From Octopus vulgaris (lineage: Eukaryota), in assembly GCA_951406725.2 (NCBI GenBank), contig OX597830.1:30380001-30444000 (forward strand): 64,000 nt of DNA. Reading direction: 5' to 3'. Made by a program: the position numbers and the translations under genes. This document shows positions 14,508 to 29,534 of the stretch, one piece after another. Each line of letters begins with the position of its first letter. Position 1 is the stretch's first letter. Below the pieces are notes generated by a model. That model ran no database searches. It was not told the DNA's origin and saw only the letters and a program-made list of their open reading frames with translations.

Positions 14508-15749
14508 TGTATGTATGTATGTATGTATGTATGTATGTATAGTATTACATACATATGAGAGGGATTTCCACTAGGTGGACAACCCTAATGCTAGAAGTAG
14601 ATCTGCTATGATCTTACCACTAAAAAATGTTCTCTAGAAAATTTAGCAAGCACCAGAAACGTAAGCGAGCAAGACAAACGAAAAGTAACAAAAATATAGA
14701 TTAATCATAATGTTTCACTATTAACAGATTACGTAATTTTACTTACGTAATTTGTCCGTAGATCTTCAGTATGATCGTCCACACAAATATAATTTGAAGA
14801 ACTACACACCAGACGTCCACACGAGGTCGAACATGAATGTAGTTCTACCTATTACACTTGTGGTTATTTTTCAAAAGTCCTGCAATTACGGCGTCCATAG
14901 CATATGGATATATGTCTGTGTATGTGCGCATATGCACGTAACTATGGAGAGCTGTAAAGGTTTCTGTGTGTGTGTGTGTGTGTGTGTGTAAATGCGTTGT
15001 TGCTGAGCGTCTCCGATTATGCCGACTTATGATCAAAGTCACCCCAATTATGTATACTTCATCTTCCAGTAGTCAACTATATTACCCACAAGAACGATAT
15101 GGTTGGAAATTTAGCTATCATTTCTAGAAGATTGAATAATGGCTTGCGAAATTGCGCATTGGCTCGAGCCTATATATGTGATTCGTCTATATCATATTTA
15201 TTATGATGACGTATTTTCATGTTTCACAATATATTTAATTTCGCCCTATCATTAAATTTTTCATCAAACCAAACCAGTTTTTAAGCAATTATTTATGCGT
15301 AACTTGTTTCGCTTTTGTCCTCATTTCTACTTTATTTTCTTTATTTTTATTTCACATTCTATTCTCTTTGTATATTCTTCATAATCTTCCTCTCCCCCTT
15401 TCTCGTCTAAATGTTCCTCATCGTCTTTTTCTTTTTCTTCTTCGTCTTTTACTTTTTCTTCTTCTAAAAGAATAACTATTGTTGATATTTCATTTACTCG
15501 TGTCCTTCTGGGTCGCTCACATAGCTAATAAACTGCCTCTGACTTATTCTATGCAAAATCAGAAAAACAAAACCGGAATTTTAAAGAGAATATCGTACAA
15601 GCTGGTTTTGTTAACGTATAACAAAAAAAAACACTTCTTTGTATTTCAGAAACAAAACAAAATTGGTGCGTGTATTAATACGTGTATATATCTATGTGTT
15701 TATATATATGTGTGTGTGTGTGTGTGTGTACGTGTGTGCGTCTTAGTTT

Positions 15750-15948
15750 GTCCCCTAACACCGTTTGGCAACTGGTATTGCTGCATTTACGCCCCCATAA
15801 CTGAGCGATTCGGCAAAAGAGTTCGATAAATTAAGTACTAGGCTTACAATGAATAAGTCTTGGGGTCTATTTGTTCGACTAAAAGCAGTGCTCCAGCATG
15901 GTGGCATTCAAGTGAGTGAAACAAGTAAAAGAATAAAACAATAAAAGA
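15750..15948 (+). mobile_element. family-B SINE, 3' half
   Basis: Homologous to 14075-14275. Confidence 0.8.
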
Positions 15949-16201
15949 ATGTATGTATGTACATATATTTATGTGCATATGTATGTGTATCTATATGTAT
16001 GCCTGTGTATATATACAAACTTGATCGATAAATTTGTTAGTGGTGTAACTAACCCATTATCTAACAATATCAATAAGGGACCAAACCAGTGCGTGTGTTT
16101 ATTATTACAGGCATTATGCCCTAGCCAAAGTTCAATATGATTTCTTTCTACACATGAATTCACATCAACAATCTTGCAAATGCGAACTATACATACATAC
16201 A

Positions 16202-16669
<468 letters not shown>

Positions 16670-17349
16670 TATATATACATATATATATATAGACATACAC
16701 ACATGTATATATATACGTGTGTGTGTGTGTGTATTACGTGAGTGTGTGTTAGCAAGTATTTTTACATGAGTGTAAGACATACAATTGCGTATCACATCTG
16801 ATGATATAATAATCGTGAATGCGAATATGTAACACCTGAAAATAATGTCAATAACCTCTCTCGAGTCACTGAATTTCTTCAAAAACTACAATCCTGTAAT
16901 GAAACAGAACATTGATCTCCTGCCTGGTGCAACATGTGTTGTAATAGTCCGTGAGAAATTTATAAATAACTATATTTTTATCTTTTACTTAAGACTATAG
17001 TTACTCCTTTCCTCTTTTACTTGTTTCAGTCATTTGACTGCGGCCATGCTGGAGCACCGCCTTTAGTCGAGGAAATCGACCCCACGACTTATTCATTGTA
17101 AGCCTATGTTGTAATAGTCTGTGGGAAATTTATAAATAACTATATTTTTATCTTTTACTTAAGACTATAGTTACTCCTTTCCTCTTTTACTTGTTTCAGT
17201 CATTTGACTGCGGCCATGCTGGAGCACCGCCTTTAGTCGAGGAAATCGACCCCAGGACTTATTCATTGTAAGCCTATGTTGTAACAGTCTGTGGGAAATT
17301 TATAAATAACTATATTTCATCTTTTACTGAAGACTATAGTTACTCCTTT

Positions 17350-17950
<601 letters not shown>

Positions 17951-17986
17951 TATTTATAATTTTTTTATCTCGTACTTAAGACTGTG

Positions 17987-18225
17987 AAGGCGCATGGCTC
18001 AGTGGTTAGAGCGTCGAGCTTACAATCATGAGGTTGTGAGTTCGATTCACGGACCGGGCTACTTTGCCTTTCCCTTGGATAACATCATTGGCGTGGAGAG
18101 GGGAGGCTGGTATGCTTGGGTAGCTGCTGGCCTTCCACAAACAACCTTGCCCGGACTTGTACCTCGGAGGGTAACTTTCTTGGTGCAATCCCATGGTCAT
18201 TCATAACCGAAGGGGGTCTAAAAAG
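17987..18225 (+). mobile_element. tRNA-derived SINE (family C) with 13-bp target-site duplication
   Basis: A box TGGCTCAGTGG, B box GAGTTCGATTC. TSD ACTTAAGACTGTG (17974-17986) and ACTTAAGACCGCG (18226-18238). Confidence 0.85.
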
Positions 18226-18413
18226 ACTTAAGACCGCGGCCATACTGGATCATCGCCCTGAAGAATTGTGTTAGTAGAATGAATCGATCCCATTTATTCT
18301 TTTACTTGTTTGTCATTTAACTGCTGCCATACTGGAGCCCTTTTGTTTTCTCAAAGACGTACTTTTCCCGAAACTTTATGTTACGGGGATGCAAACACAT
18401 ACACACACACACA

Positions 18414-18535
<122 letters not shown>

Positions 18536-18538
18536 TGG

Positions 18539-18571
<33 letters not shown>

Positions 18572-18670
18572 CTGAGAGAGATATATTGGTTTCTAAATAT
18601 TCAAAAGAAAATTAAGAAAATGGAGATATAGCAATTATATGATTTATTATCTGCAAAAATCTAACATATT

Positions 18671-18752
18671 CTCTTACAGCTGTTTCAATTAAGCCTAAAA
18701 GATTAAATAGCAATAATCAAATCATTATATTAGGCACAATTTCATCAGAGGG
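18671..18752 (-). ncRNA. minimal type I hammerhead ribozyme in a PLE pLTR fragment
   Basis: CCCT-CTGATGA-AATT gt GCCTA...TAGGC tt AATT-GAAA-CAGCTG-TA-AGAG: intact core, palindromic stem III (ACAGCTGT), GUA cleavage triplet. Confidence 0.75.
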
Positions 18753-18830
18753 TTAGAAAAGATATACTGTTAGGTTATTAGGTCTTGTGTTTTCGAATCA
18801 TCTCAGCAGCTATATATATATATATGTATG

Positions 18831-19047
18831 TACTGTAATTCCCCGACTATCACGGGTGTTACGTTACAAACAAACCGCCTGCAACAGGTTAAAATCCGCG
18901 AAGTAGAAACAGTACTATACTGTATATATACTTTTTATCATTTATATAGTTTGTATATATTCATTTTATTATAAATGCAAAACAACACCACGGAGGAATC
19001 GACGTAAGGTTAAATAATAAACCGCGATATGAGGAGGGACCACTGTA
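18831..19047. mobile_element. pogo/Tigger-like MITE
   Basis: Imperfect TIRs TACTGTAATTCCCCGACTATCACGG and reverse complement TACAGTGGTCCCTCCTCATATCGCGG, with TA ends. Confidence 0.6.
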
Positions 19048-19235
19048 CATCATAGATTCTTCCATCTCCTGACGTTGCATGAGGGTTTTACCGAACAACT
19101 ACACAGATGATTTGTTTATAGCGATGAAATGTTTGTGGGCACGTAAGATCACTCCCTCCATCAAATCGACATTACCTGTACAGTTGCACCGTGTGCCATG
19201 TGTCAGATGACGAAATGTTTGATATATATATATAC

Positions 19236-19314
<79 letters not shown>

Positions 19315-19399
19315 ATGTATAAGTACCGTGTATTTGCAGGTAGTTTGCGTTTTGTTATGGTGGAGAATACTCTCTCAAAACGTGGCAATGTCACTTATC

Positions 19400-19622
19400 T
19401 TTTACCTATTTCAGTCATTAGACTTTTGCCATGGTAGGGCACCATCTTGAAGAATTTTTGGTCGAATTCATTGACCACAGTACTTCTTTTTAAGCTTGGA
19501 ACTCATTCTATCGGACTTTGTTGACAAACGGCTTAGCTACTTCAACAAACCAACACCGGTTGTCAACCTGCAGTGGAGGACAAGCACACACAAACACATA
19601 TACATAAACATATATAAATATA

Positions 19623-19685
<63 letters not shown>

Positions 19686-19875
19686 TCACTTACATATATA
19701 TATATATATATATATATATCTATATATATATATGATTGCTTCTTTCAGTTTCCGTCTACCAAATCCACTCACAATCTTTGTCCGGCTCAAAGCTTGCCCT
19801 AAGTTTCACGCAGTGGGACTGAACCCAGAACCATGTTGCTGGAAAGCAAGCTTCTCATCATACAGTCACGCCTGA
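19400..19875 (-). mobile_element. family-B SINE (diverged) with internal (TA)n
   Basis: Both halves are recognisable on the minus strand. Confidence 0.8.
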
Positions 19876-20675
19876 TAACAATTTATTTATTTGGTAAGTG
19901 TGTTACGCCCCTTTTATGCAAAACTTCTGTCATAAGGTATTCTAAAAAAATGTCATAAGAGGCCTTTCATTCACTAGGTATCTCGGAAAGAGCGGTTTTA
20001 TTGAAACCGCAGTTCTACGTCGTAGCTGCTGTTGTTTTCGTTGTTGGTGTTGTTGATGATATTGTTCTCGTTGCTTAACCCTACGGAGTTAATCCTGCCT
20101 GATTTAGTAGACATTCCAGCCTTGACTCTACCCTCTTTAAAAATGATATCTAAGGCGAAATTATATAACCTGTGGTTTCTCTTTCGAAGACAGCAGAAGC
20201 TTGATTTGAAGAAACATGGCCGCTATTTCTAAGCAGTTATTGTTCTAGCTTTTTGTAATATGAACTAAATGTTTCTTAAATCACACTCTTAAAATCTTGA
20301 TAAAACAAGAACACATTCAGCATTGTAGACCTAGATATATAGAAAAGACGTCGGGGATTGCTTTGATCATTCATAGTTCAGCTCAATCGTATTCTACTCG
20401 TGGTTAAACAACAACAAAACATTGTTTTCTTCTGTAATTCTCATATTTTATAGTCGCTTTCATGAATAAACTTAGTACTGTTTTACACTGTATTTTCTCA
20501 CCAAAAACTCACTTTACATTAAATTGCCTTCTAATGTCCTACAATGGCTTCTATATATAGTTGTCCATGTCTAATCAAGCAGCTGTCGTTACTCTAACTG
20601 AATCCCTTTTTTGTCTTTTTTTTTTTTACTACTGACGACAACTTCGTTCTTTTAGCTATTACATTGATATCCCTT

Positions 20676-20778
20676 TAAAACAACGCGTTGGAAATTCTGA
20701 TAAAAATTCTAATTCCTTTACGTAAATAAAACAACGCGTTGGAAATTCTAATAAAAATTCTAATTCCTTTACGTAAAT
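20676..20778. repeat. ~51-bp direct tandem duplication
   Basis: TAAAACAACGCGTTGGAAATTCT(G/A)ATAAAAATTCTAATTCCTTTACGTAAA occurs twice. Confidence 0.95.
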
Positions 20779-20922
20779 AATACCAAGTCAAATGTACCTT
20801 TGATATTAATCAAAAACATTTATTTTTTACAGCTCACTCTACAACCCATTTTACGTCTTTTCTTTTTCTTTGTCCATAGTGACACCACTGTGTTTATTAT
20901 TATTATTATTATTGCTATTATA

Positions 20923-20993
<71 letters not shown>

Positions 20994-21027
20994 CATTATT
21001 ATTATTATTATTATTATTGTTGTTATT

Positions 21028-21980
21028 CAGTAGTTTTATTTTTATAACGTGCTTTCACTTCATTACCGAGCGCAACTCTGTGTGCCTTGGGTATGTACTG
21101 TGGTTTGCTGTGATGCTCTTATGGTTACTGTATTGAAAGTATTTTGCGTAGGATCGGTGCAGTGCCCAGTAGTACAATTTTCTGTATGTTGTATATATTT
21201 GTAAGTCCCGGTATTTGTTTGAATATTGTTTTATCATAACTAATGCGCCCACTATAATAAGAATTGTTTCTGTTTTTAGATTCCACATTCGAGTTACCTC
21301 TATTTCCAGGTCTTTGTATTTTGAAAGTTTCTCATTTCTTTTAGAGAAACATTATCATCTGCTGGTATTGATACATCAATTAGAAAGCAATTTTTTTTTC
21401 TCCATGATCTCTGACAACTATATTTGGTATGTTGGCCTTAATTTCTATATCTGTGTGTATTGGCATATCCCATAGTATGGTTACTTTCTCGTTTTCTGTG
21501 ACCTTTTCTGGCGTGTGCTTATACCATCTTTTTTTCTGTTGTTATTCCATAGTGTTGGCATAGCTTCCAGTGTATGTAGGTCCCACTTCTGTCGTGTCTG
21601 TGAATATATTCCTTCTTAGCCAGGACTGGGCAGCTAGAGATAATATGATTTATTATTTCTTGTCCATCTCCACATATTCTGCAGTTATTTGTTATGCTTT
21701 TTTTCATTATATGCTTTTGGTAATTTCTGGTGGGGAGGTTTTGGTCTTGTGCTGCAATTAAAAATCCTTCAGTATCTGCTTTGAGTCCTAAGCTTCTCAA
21801 CCATTGCTGGGATTTTTCTCTGTCTATTTCTTTTGCATTTAGTTTAGTCCAGTGTTTGCCATGAAGAGGTTTTTCTTGCCATCGTGTTTTGATAGTCCGT
21901 TGTTGCTCTAGTTTTAGTCTAGATTTCATTTGTTTTATAGTTTTTGATTGTTTCTTTTTTTTTCTTCTTCATATTTGTGG
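21028..21980 (-). mobile_element. 5'-truncated R4/Dong-clade LINE (zinc knuckle + RLE + 3' UTR)
   Basis: ORF 21519-21929 WQEKPLHG..AAQDQ..CRICG..HIISSC..RHD and ORF 21055-21288 MWNLKTETILIIVGAL. The 3' end runs into (TTA)n at 20895-21025. Confidence 0.92.
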
Positions 21981-21984
21981 CTGA

Positions 21985-22325
21985 CAATATGTGCATCTCT
22001 GATCACGAGCAGAAGTAGTGGGGAGGGAGCATCATAGCCATGTGTTGAGAGGGATTCTTTGGGGTTGTAATAATTCACCTTTGGAAACATGGGTGTTTCG
22101 TTCAACATCATTAAACAGCTCTTATTCAGCTCTTTTGAGCGGGATGGGTTACTCGACTAGAAGAAAATTTTAACTGGGCTCCACCTGCAAGGTCATGTGC
22201 TGTTTATCTTGATATGAGATCACCATGTCGCGCACATATGGTTGTGATGCATGTGCATAGTGTACCCTTATCAGACGGGTAGTCATGATGGGTATACTGG
22301 GCTTCGTATATTTTACCCCAGTGTC
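21985..22325 (+). mobile_element. 3' end of an unidentified retroposon with (AAT)n tail
   Basis: GC-richer complex segment ending abruptly in (AAT)n. Its last ~80 bp are duplicated downstream. No protein motif recognised. Confidence 0.45.
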
Positions 22326-22411
<86 letters not shown>

Positions 22412-22556
22412 TAATAAAAGTAATAATGATAATCTCTCTCTTTCTCTCTCTCCCCTCTTCATATATATACATATGTGATGCATGTGCATAGTGTACCCTT
22501 ATCAGACGGGTAGTCATGATGGGTATACTGGGCTTCGTATATTTTACCCCAGTGTC

Positions 22557-22648
<92 letters not shown>

Positions 22649-22712
22649 TAATAAAAGTAATAATGATAATCTCTCTCTTTCTCTCTCTCCCTCTCTTCAT
22701 ATATATACATAT
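22245..22712. repeat. ~231-bp tandem duplication including (AAT)n and (CT)n tracts
   Basis: TGTGATGCATGTGCATAGTGTACCC... at ~22243 and ~22474; the peptide in ORF 22170-22736 is duplicated accordingly. Confidence 0.95.
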
Positions 22713-22717
22713 GGAAA

Positions 22718-23292
22718 AATCTTGCTTCCCAACCACTTCGTTCCGGGTTCAGTCCCACAGCGTAGTACCTTGGGCGAGTGTCTTCTACTGTAGCCCCGGG
22801 CCGTACAAAGCTTTGTGAGTGGATCTGATAAACGGAAACTAAAATAAATCCGTTGTATATATACATACATATATATATATATATGTGTGTGTGTGTGTAT
22901 GTGTATATATATATATATATATGGAAGGCGGCGAGCTGGCAGAAGCGTTAGCGCGCTGGGCGAAATGCTTAGCGGTATTTCGTCTGTCGTTACGTTCTGA
23001 GTTCAAATTCCGCCGAGGTTGACTTTGCCTTTCATCCTTTTGGGGTCAGTAAAGAAATATATATATATATATATATAGGGGTGTATTTGCATGTCTGTGT
23101 TTGTCCCTCCACCATCGATTGACAACCGATGTAGGTGTGTTTACGTCCTCGTAAACTTAGCGGTTTGGCAAAAGACACCGAAAGAATATGTACGAAGTTT
23201 ACAAAGAATAAGTCCTGGGGTCGATTTGTTCGACTAAAGGCGGTGCTCCTGCATGGCCGCATTCAAATGACTGAAACAAGTAAAAAAAAAGA
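22718..23292 (+). mobile_element. family-B SINE interrupted by a nested family-A SINE (22925-23058)
   Basis: Order is B 5' half (22718-22857), (TA/TG)n, A head AAGGCGGCGAGCTGGCAG, (TA)n, B 3' half (23080-23292). Confidence 0.8.
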
Positions 23293-23769
23293 ATATATAT
23301 ACATTCATATATATGTGTGTTTGTATATATATGTGTGTTTGTATATATATGTGTGTGTGTGTGTGTGCAACGCTTCTACACAGTTTACGACCACCAATTT
23401 GACTCACAATGTGTTGGCTGGCTCAGGGCTTTAATTGAAGACACTGCCACCAAAATATAGCGCAATGGATTTGAACCCGAAATCAAATAATAATTACAAA
23501 GCAAGTTTCATAATCACGCAGCCATGCCTCCACCTTTTCCATTATTCTCTTTCAAATGTAAACAAACTGACATTTTGCAGCAGCGGGGACCAAAAGCTTG
23601 TAAGATTAAATGTTCAATTTGGATGGTTAAAAGTCGGAGAATCACTTTGGTTTAACGTTATCACAACTGTGTAAATCACAGTATATATTTTAGTTTTGAG
23701 TCTAGCTCCTGACTTTTGCCTTTACTCCATGCAAAGTTATTTTATTCCTTTTTCTTTATTTTTACGTCT

Positions 23770-23989
23770 TTTATCTATTACTTGCTTCAGTCATTTGACT
23801 GCGGCGATGCTGGAGCACCTCCTTGAAGGTTCTTTAATCGAACAAATTAACACCAGGACTTTTTTTTTTTAGAAACCAAATACTTCGATCTGTCTCTTGG
23901 ACCGAACCGCTAAGTTACGGGACGTAAACACACCAATACCGGTTGTCAAGTGGTGGTGGGGTAACAAACACTGACACAAGGACACACAT

Positions 23990-23990
<1 letters not shown>
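23770..23990 (-). mobile_element. family-B SINE, 3' half
   Basis: TTCAGTCATTTGACTGCGGC..GAACCGCTAAGTTACGGGACGTAAACACACC. Confidence 0.8.
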
Positions 23991-24054
<64 letters not shown>

Positions 24055-24281
24055 TTACAGATGTATATATATATATTGACTATTAAACTATTAAGGTGGC
24101 TATTCGCAATTTACAACCGGAAAGCAACAAGTATAGTCGTTAGTAAAGTGACAGTGTGTGCTACTCATCACCAGCATTGCTAGAAATAAGAGTCAAAACA
24201 ACTCTTAGCTACGTAAAAGCACATTTCTAATAATTAACAAGGGAGATAAGCTCCCTCTGGTAAGTGATATGGACACACACA

Positions 24282-24697
<416 letters not shown>

Positions 24698-25479
24698 AGG
24701 CCACGTTGAGTTTCTGTTTACCAAATCCATCACAAGGCTTTGATCGGTCAAAGCTGTTACACAGTGGGACTGGATCCAGACCACGTAGTTGGGAAGCAAG
24801 CTTTTGACTACACAGCTACGCATGCACCTTTGCACTTCTGTGTATAATAAGCTATTATTCATTGCTGGATTTGTATCTGAGATGGGTCGTATGTATTTGC
24901 GATACGTCGTATGATATACAACGGATATCATTTAAGTTTACTTTTATATCTGGTGAAACAAAATTTTGTCGCGTCATTATGATTTTAAAGCTGCAAATAC
25001 AATTCAGTCATCATTGTGCACTTTCTACTTTTTAAGATTGCGTCCGTCATACGTTAGCACGTATGAAGGACACCATCTTAATGAATCATTGATAATAAGA
25101 GTGAAACACATAAAAACTTTTGACACCACATGTCCTTGGAAGCCATATATTATATTTAGCATTTAAACTAGTACAAAAACTGACAGGATTTATTTTATTT
25201 ACTCACCGTTAAATACGTGAACAGTAACTGTCACTTGAATTCTGCACACACATAGATGCATATAGGTATTCATAGTTACACACACAGACACAAACACACA
25301 CATCCATATATATATATATATATCCAGAGAAAGTGTGAGAGTAGTATATGCATATTTTTAAATAAACCTACATATACACTCATATACACACACATACATG
25401 CATATGCATAAAAACATACTTATATGTATACACACACACACACACACAGAAGAGAGACGTACACTACATACACTGATAT

Positions 25480-25513
<34 letters not shown>

Positions 25514-26216
25514 GCATATATACATATACAAAAATATGCATGTGTGCGTGCGTATGTGTATGTGTAATTAAATGTATGTATATGTATCTGTACATGTGTG
25601 TGTGTGTATATATATATATGTGTGTGTGTGTGCGTATGTGTATGTTTAATTAAATGTATGTATATGTATCTGTACATGTGTATATATATATATATGTGTT
25701 TGTGAGCATGCATGTATGTATATATGTATGCATGTATTGGATGAATGTGTGTGTATATCTATTTTGACGTTTATATATATATATATATATGCTAAATGTT
25801 TAGAAAACTGTACAAAGAATGTTGTTGTTGTTGTTGCTGCTGTTGTTAGCCCTCCCCTCACACGATCCTATCAAAAGTCCATAGTCTGTTTTTATTTATT
25901 TATTTATTTTTCATTCTTTCATTTATTCGCCCGTTCCCTCGTTAGGTCGTTCCTCTATTCTAACCAATAAGCTTGTGGTATTTTAAGTACAATAAAGATT
26001 TCACTACTTACTGTCGATCTATTGTTTTGCGACACATCGAAAATAAGCGTCCGCTCACTGCTCACAGATTGGGGGCACCAGTGCTAACAAAAGGATTCTT
26101 TTCTTGTAGCATTTGTTTTCCATTATTTTCTGAGCTGTTTTATAGCTTTCTTTTGTCTACCTTAGTTTTTACAAAGGCATAAAAGAAAATAGCAATAATA
26201 ATAAGAAGACGAAGAA

Positions 26217-26309
26217 AAACAGAATATATATATATATGTATATATATATAGCTAAAATAAAACAGAATATATATATATATGTATATATATATAGCTAAAA
26301 TAAAACAGA

Positions 26310-26342
<33 letters not shown>

Positions 26343-26362
26343 GCTAAAATAAAACAGAATAT
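26217..26362. repeat. ~38-42-bp minisatellite, ~3.5 copies
   Basis: AAAACAGAA(TA)nTG(TA)nGCTAAAAT repeated. Confidence 0.9.
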
Positions 26363-27097
26363 AAGTAGAAGAAAAACAAAGAAACGAATAAATTGGTGGA
26401 AAGAAAGAAACAAAGAAAGGAAAGTAAGAGAGAAAGAAATTAAGAAAGATAGAAAGAGAGAGAGAGAGAGAGAAGGAAAGAAGAAAATGTCATTTTGCTT
26501 TTGTTTGTACGCTGCCTAGTTCGTTTATTATAAACTATGGAAATCAAACCACTCCTCTAAAAATAAGCAATGAAAAAAAAAGAATTATTTATTGAGGAAA
26601 ATAATTGTAAACATTCAGATAAATACGTATATTGAAAATACCGTGCTTGTGTGTGTGTGTGTGTGTGTGTGATATTGTTTTGTTTCTTAAACTTAACTTT
26701 CACAACCCATTTTCTTTATATGTTTGTTTGGTTTTTGTCGTTGTATTTCTTTTTTTTTAACTCGGAAAATTTCGATAAGAGGACAGTCATACTTTTCTTG
26801 ACTTTCATACCTCGGCGGACGGGTTGGTAAAATAAAGTATCATTCAAGTAACTGAGATCGATAATATCGATTAGCTCACTCCCTCAAAATTGTTGGCCTT
26901 GTGCTTAAATCAAGGGCTGTAATTACCACGTGTCAACTGCATGGTTGTGAGTGAAATTGTGTTGACGGGAAGTATGCAAAATCTCGTCGCTAATTCAGAG
27001 GTTTTTTAACGATCAGTTACTTACATGTTCATTCAATAAGCTTGTAAATCATTTGATCGAATAACCGAATCCTTATCGTAGGAAACGACAGAGACCT

Positions 27098-27240
27098 CTT
27101 TTACTCTTTTACTTGTTTCAGTCATTTGACTGCGGCCATGCTGGAGCACCGCCTTTAGTCGAGCAAATCGACCCCAGGACTTATTCTTTGTAAGCCTAGT
27201 ACTTATTCTATTGGTCACGTTTGCCGAACCGCTAAGTTAC
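27098..27240 (-). mobile_element. family-B SINE, 3' end
   Basis: Near-identical to the reverse complement of 46935-47065. Confidence 0.85.
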
Positions 27241-27279
27241 ATGCCTTGTCCCTAGAGCAGAAATGAATTGTTAGCAAAC

Positions 27280-27646
27280 CGAGCAAAATGCTTAGCGGTA
27301 TTTCGTCTGCCGCTACGCTCTGAGTTCAAATTCCGCCGAGGTCGATTTGCCTTTCATCCTTTCGGGGTCGATTAAATAAGTACCAGTTGCGCACTGGGGT
27401 CGATATAATCGACTTAATCCATTTATCTGTCCTTGTTTGTCCTCTCTGTATATATCCCCTTGTGGGTACTAAAGAAATAGGTATTTCGTCTGACTTTACG
27501 TTCTGAGTTTAAATTCCGTCGAGGTCGACTTTGCATTTCACCCTTTCAGGATCGATAAATTAAGTACCAGTTGCGTACTGGGGTCGATCTAATCGATATG
27601 CCCCCCTCCCCCAAAATTTGGGCCTTGTGCCTAGAGTAGAAAAGAT
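27280..27646 (+). mobile_element. dimeric family-A SINE (body + tail 1, then body + tail 2)
   Basis: Two GGTATTTCGTCTG..GTCGA bodies. The first ends TAAAGAAATA, the second ends GGCCTTGTGCCTAGAGTAGAAAAGATT. Confidence 0.88.
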
Positions 27647-28231
27647 TAACGTGAATATTGCCTCTGCTACTGATTGGTTAGCTAGCAAGCTTTCTGCAAC
27701 GACTCTACACTAGCAAGAACTATTTCGCTTTAAAAAAAATCAATCGTGCATAGATTTTGAGATCGTAATTACATCTCAAGAACGCATATTTGGTTGATAA
27801 CGTGGTCTTGTGGAGCCTGGTATAAACCTTTTATATCATTTCACTTAGTAGTTTCATAATAAATCACTGTAGAAAACGTCCATATTTCCATCAAACTAAC
27901 AATTTTTCGAAATGAATCACGCAACTCAATCTTCATCTCGTCCAAATAATTTGCTCTCAACAACGATAATCGCAATGGATTGCTGAAATCAATAAGTAAT
28001 AAACTGAAAGGTTAACACCAAATCTTGGCCATCATGTAGTGTAATTTATGCCAAAATACATTTGCAAGATCCATTTTTCTCCAACATATACCCAAATGTT
28101 GAGCCAAACTTAAAACTGCATACTTTCGACGTTTGATTTACAGAAGCGCTTAAAATGCTACACCAGTACACACTTCGCTAGTAAATTATTACAAAGATTG
28201 GAGAAGTGTTTCTTTTATGAATCCAGCTCAT

Positions 28232-29112
28232 TAGGAGGTGATATTAAAAAGTTCCCAGACTAGTTCTGTAGTGCACCAACAGATGGCAGCACACGGTTGC
28301 GTGCGCAGTGACAGCTAGCAGTGACTTTCATGAGGCAATGTGCCAAGTGACATCGCTGTGTTTACTTCGTGAGTTGTGAAATTTGTACTTTTGTGATCAC
28401 TTGTAAGCTGTAGTCTGCTATTTTGTCATGGACAGGAACCAAATTGAAATTTGACGGAGCCGAATTAAAATTTGAAAGAGCAGAATTGAAATTTGAAAGA
28501 GCCGAATTGAAATTTGAAAGAGCCGAATTGAAATTTGAAAGAGCCGAATTGAAATTTGAAAAGGCCGAACTGAAATTTGAAAGAGCCGAATTGAAATTTG
28601 AAAAAGCCGAATTGAAATTTGAAAGAGCCGAATTGAAATTTGAAAGAGCCGAATTGAAATTTGAAAGAGCCGAATTGAAATTTTGCGTTATAATTTGAAA
28701 GTCTGCTACAGAGATATTGGGTATGTTTCGGCGAAAGCGACCGGATCTGTGGAGCGAGAATTGGATTCTCCACTCGTGAGTTTTTCGCCAAAAACATGGT
28801 AATGCTTCCGTACATGCCCTATTCCCCAGATTTAGCACCCGCAAATTTTCATCTCTTCCCCCAAGTAGAAAATGCAGCTCAAAGGTCACTGTTTTAACAC
28901 CGTGATCGAGATCCAGAGCGAATCGCAGAAGGTCCTTGACTCGCTTACGGAAAACGACTTCCAGGCCTGATTCCAAAAGTGGCAGGAATGCTGCGACCGG
29001 TGTATTGCTGTGCAAGGTGACTGTTTCGGAGAAGATGGTGATGAAGCTTATGTAAATAAGTTATTTTTTATTAAGCATAACTAGTCCGGGAACCTTTTGA
29101 TACCATCTCGTA
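28232..29112 (+). mobile_element. internally deleted mariner (DD34D-type) transposon with TIRs
   Basis: TIRs TAGGAGGTGATATTAAAAAGTTCCCAGACTAGTT and reverse complement TACGAGATGGTATCAAAAGGTTCCCGGACTAGTT. Translation gives ERAELKFCV..KSATEILGMF, then REFFAKN..PYSPDLAPANFHLFPK*KMQLKG..FQKWQECCDRCIAVQGDCF. Confidence 0.92.
28442..28683 (+). repeat. 21-bp minisatellite (AATTGAAATTTGAAAGAGCCG) x ~11.5 inside the mariner transposase start
   Basis: Direct reading; translates as (AELKFER)n. Confidence 0.97.
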
Positions 29113-29264
29113 TAGGCTGCAGAATACGAAGAATTTTGTCAACAGTCTGTCGGCTTCCCAGTGGAACTCTCTAGAAAATACACTGTAGTTAACCTATCGA
29201 GATCAGGTAGCCATTTCAGGAAAATTTGAAACAGCCTTTTCTTAACATAATTCAATATATCTTT

Positions 29265-29480
29265 TTTCTTCTACTTGTTTCAGTCATTACACTCAGGCCA
29301 TGCTGGGGCACCACCTTGAAGAATTTTTAGTCGAATATATCGATCCCAGTACTTATTTTTTTAAAGCTTGGTACCTATTCTATCGGCTACTTATACCGAA
29401 CCGCTAAGTTGCGAAAACGTAAACACACCGAAACCGATTGTAAAGAGCCGGAGGGTGGAATAAACACAGACACAAAGGCA

Positions 29481-29534
<54 letters not shown>

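Noticed and set aside
27700-28225. GIY-YIG-like VYVGE peptide on the minus strand
   Set aside because: A single short motif amid stops; not enough to call an element.
28442-28683. CRISPR-like array (unit contains ATTGAAA)
   Set aside because: Units are contiguous with no unique spacers, there are no cas genes, the context is eukaryotic, and the array lies inside a mariner element.
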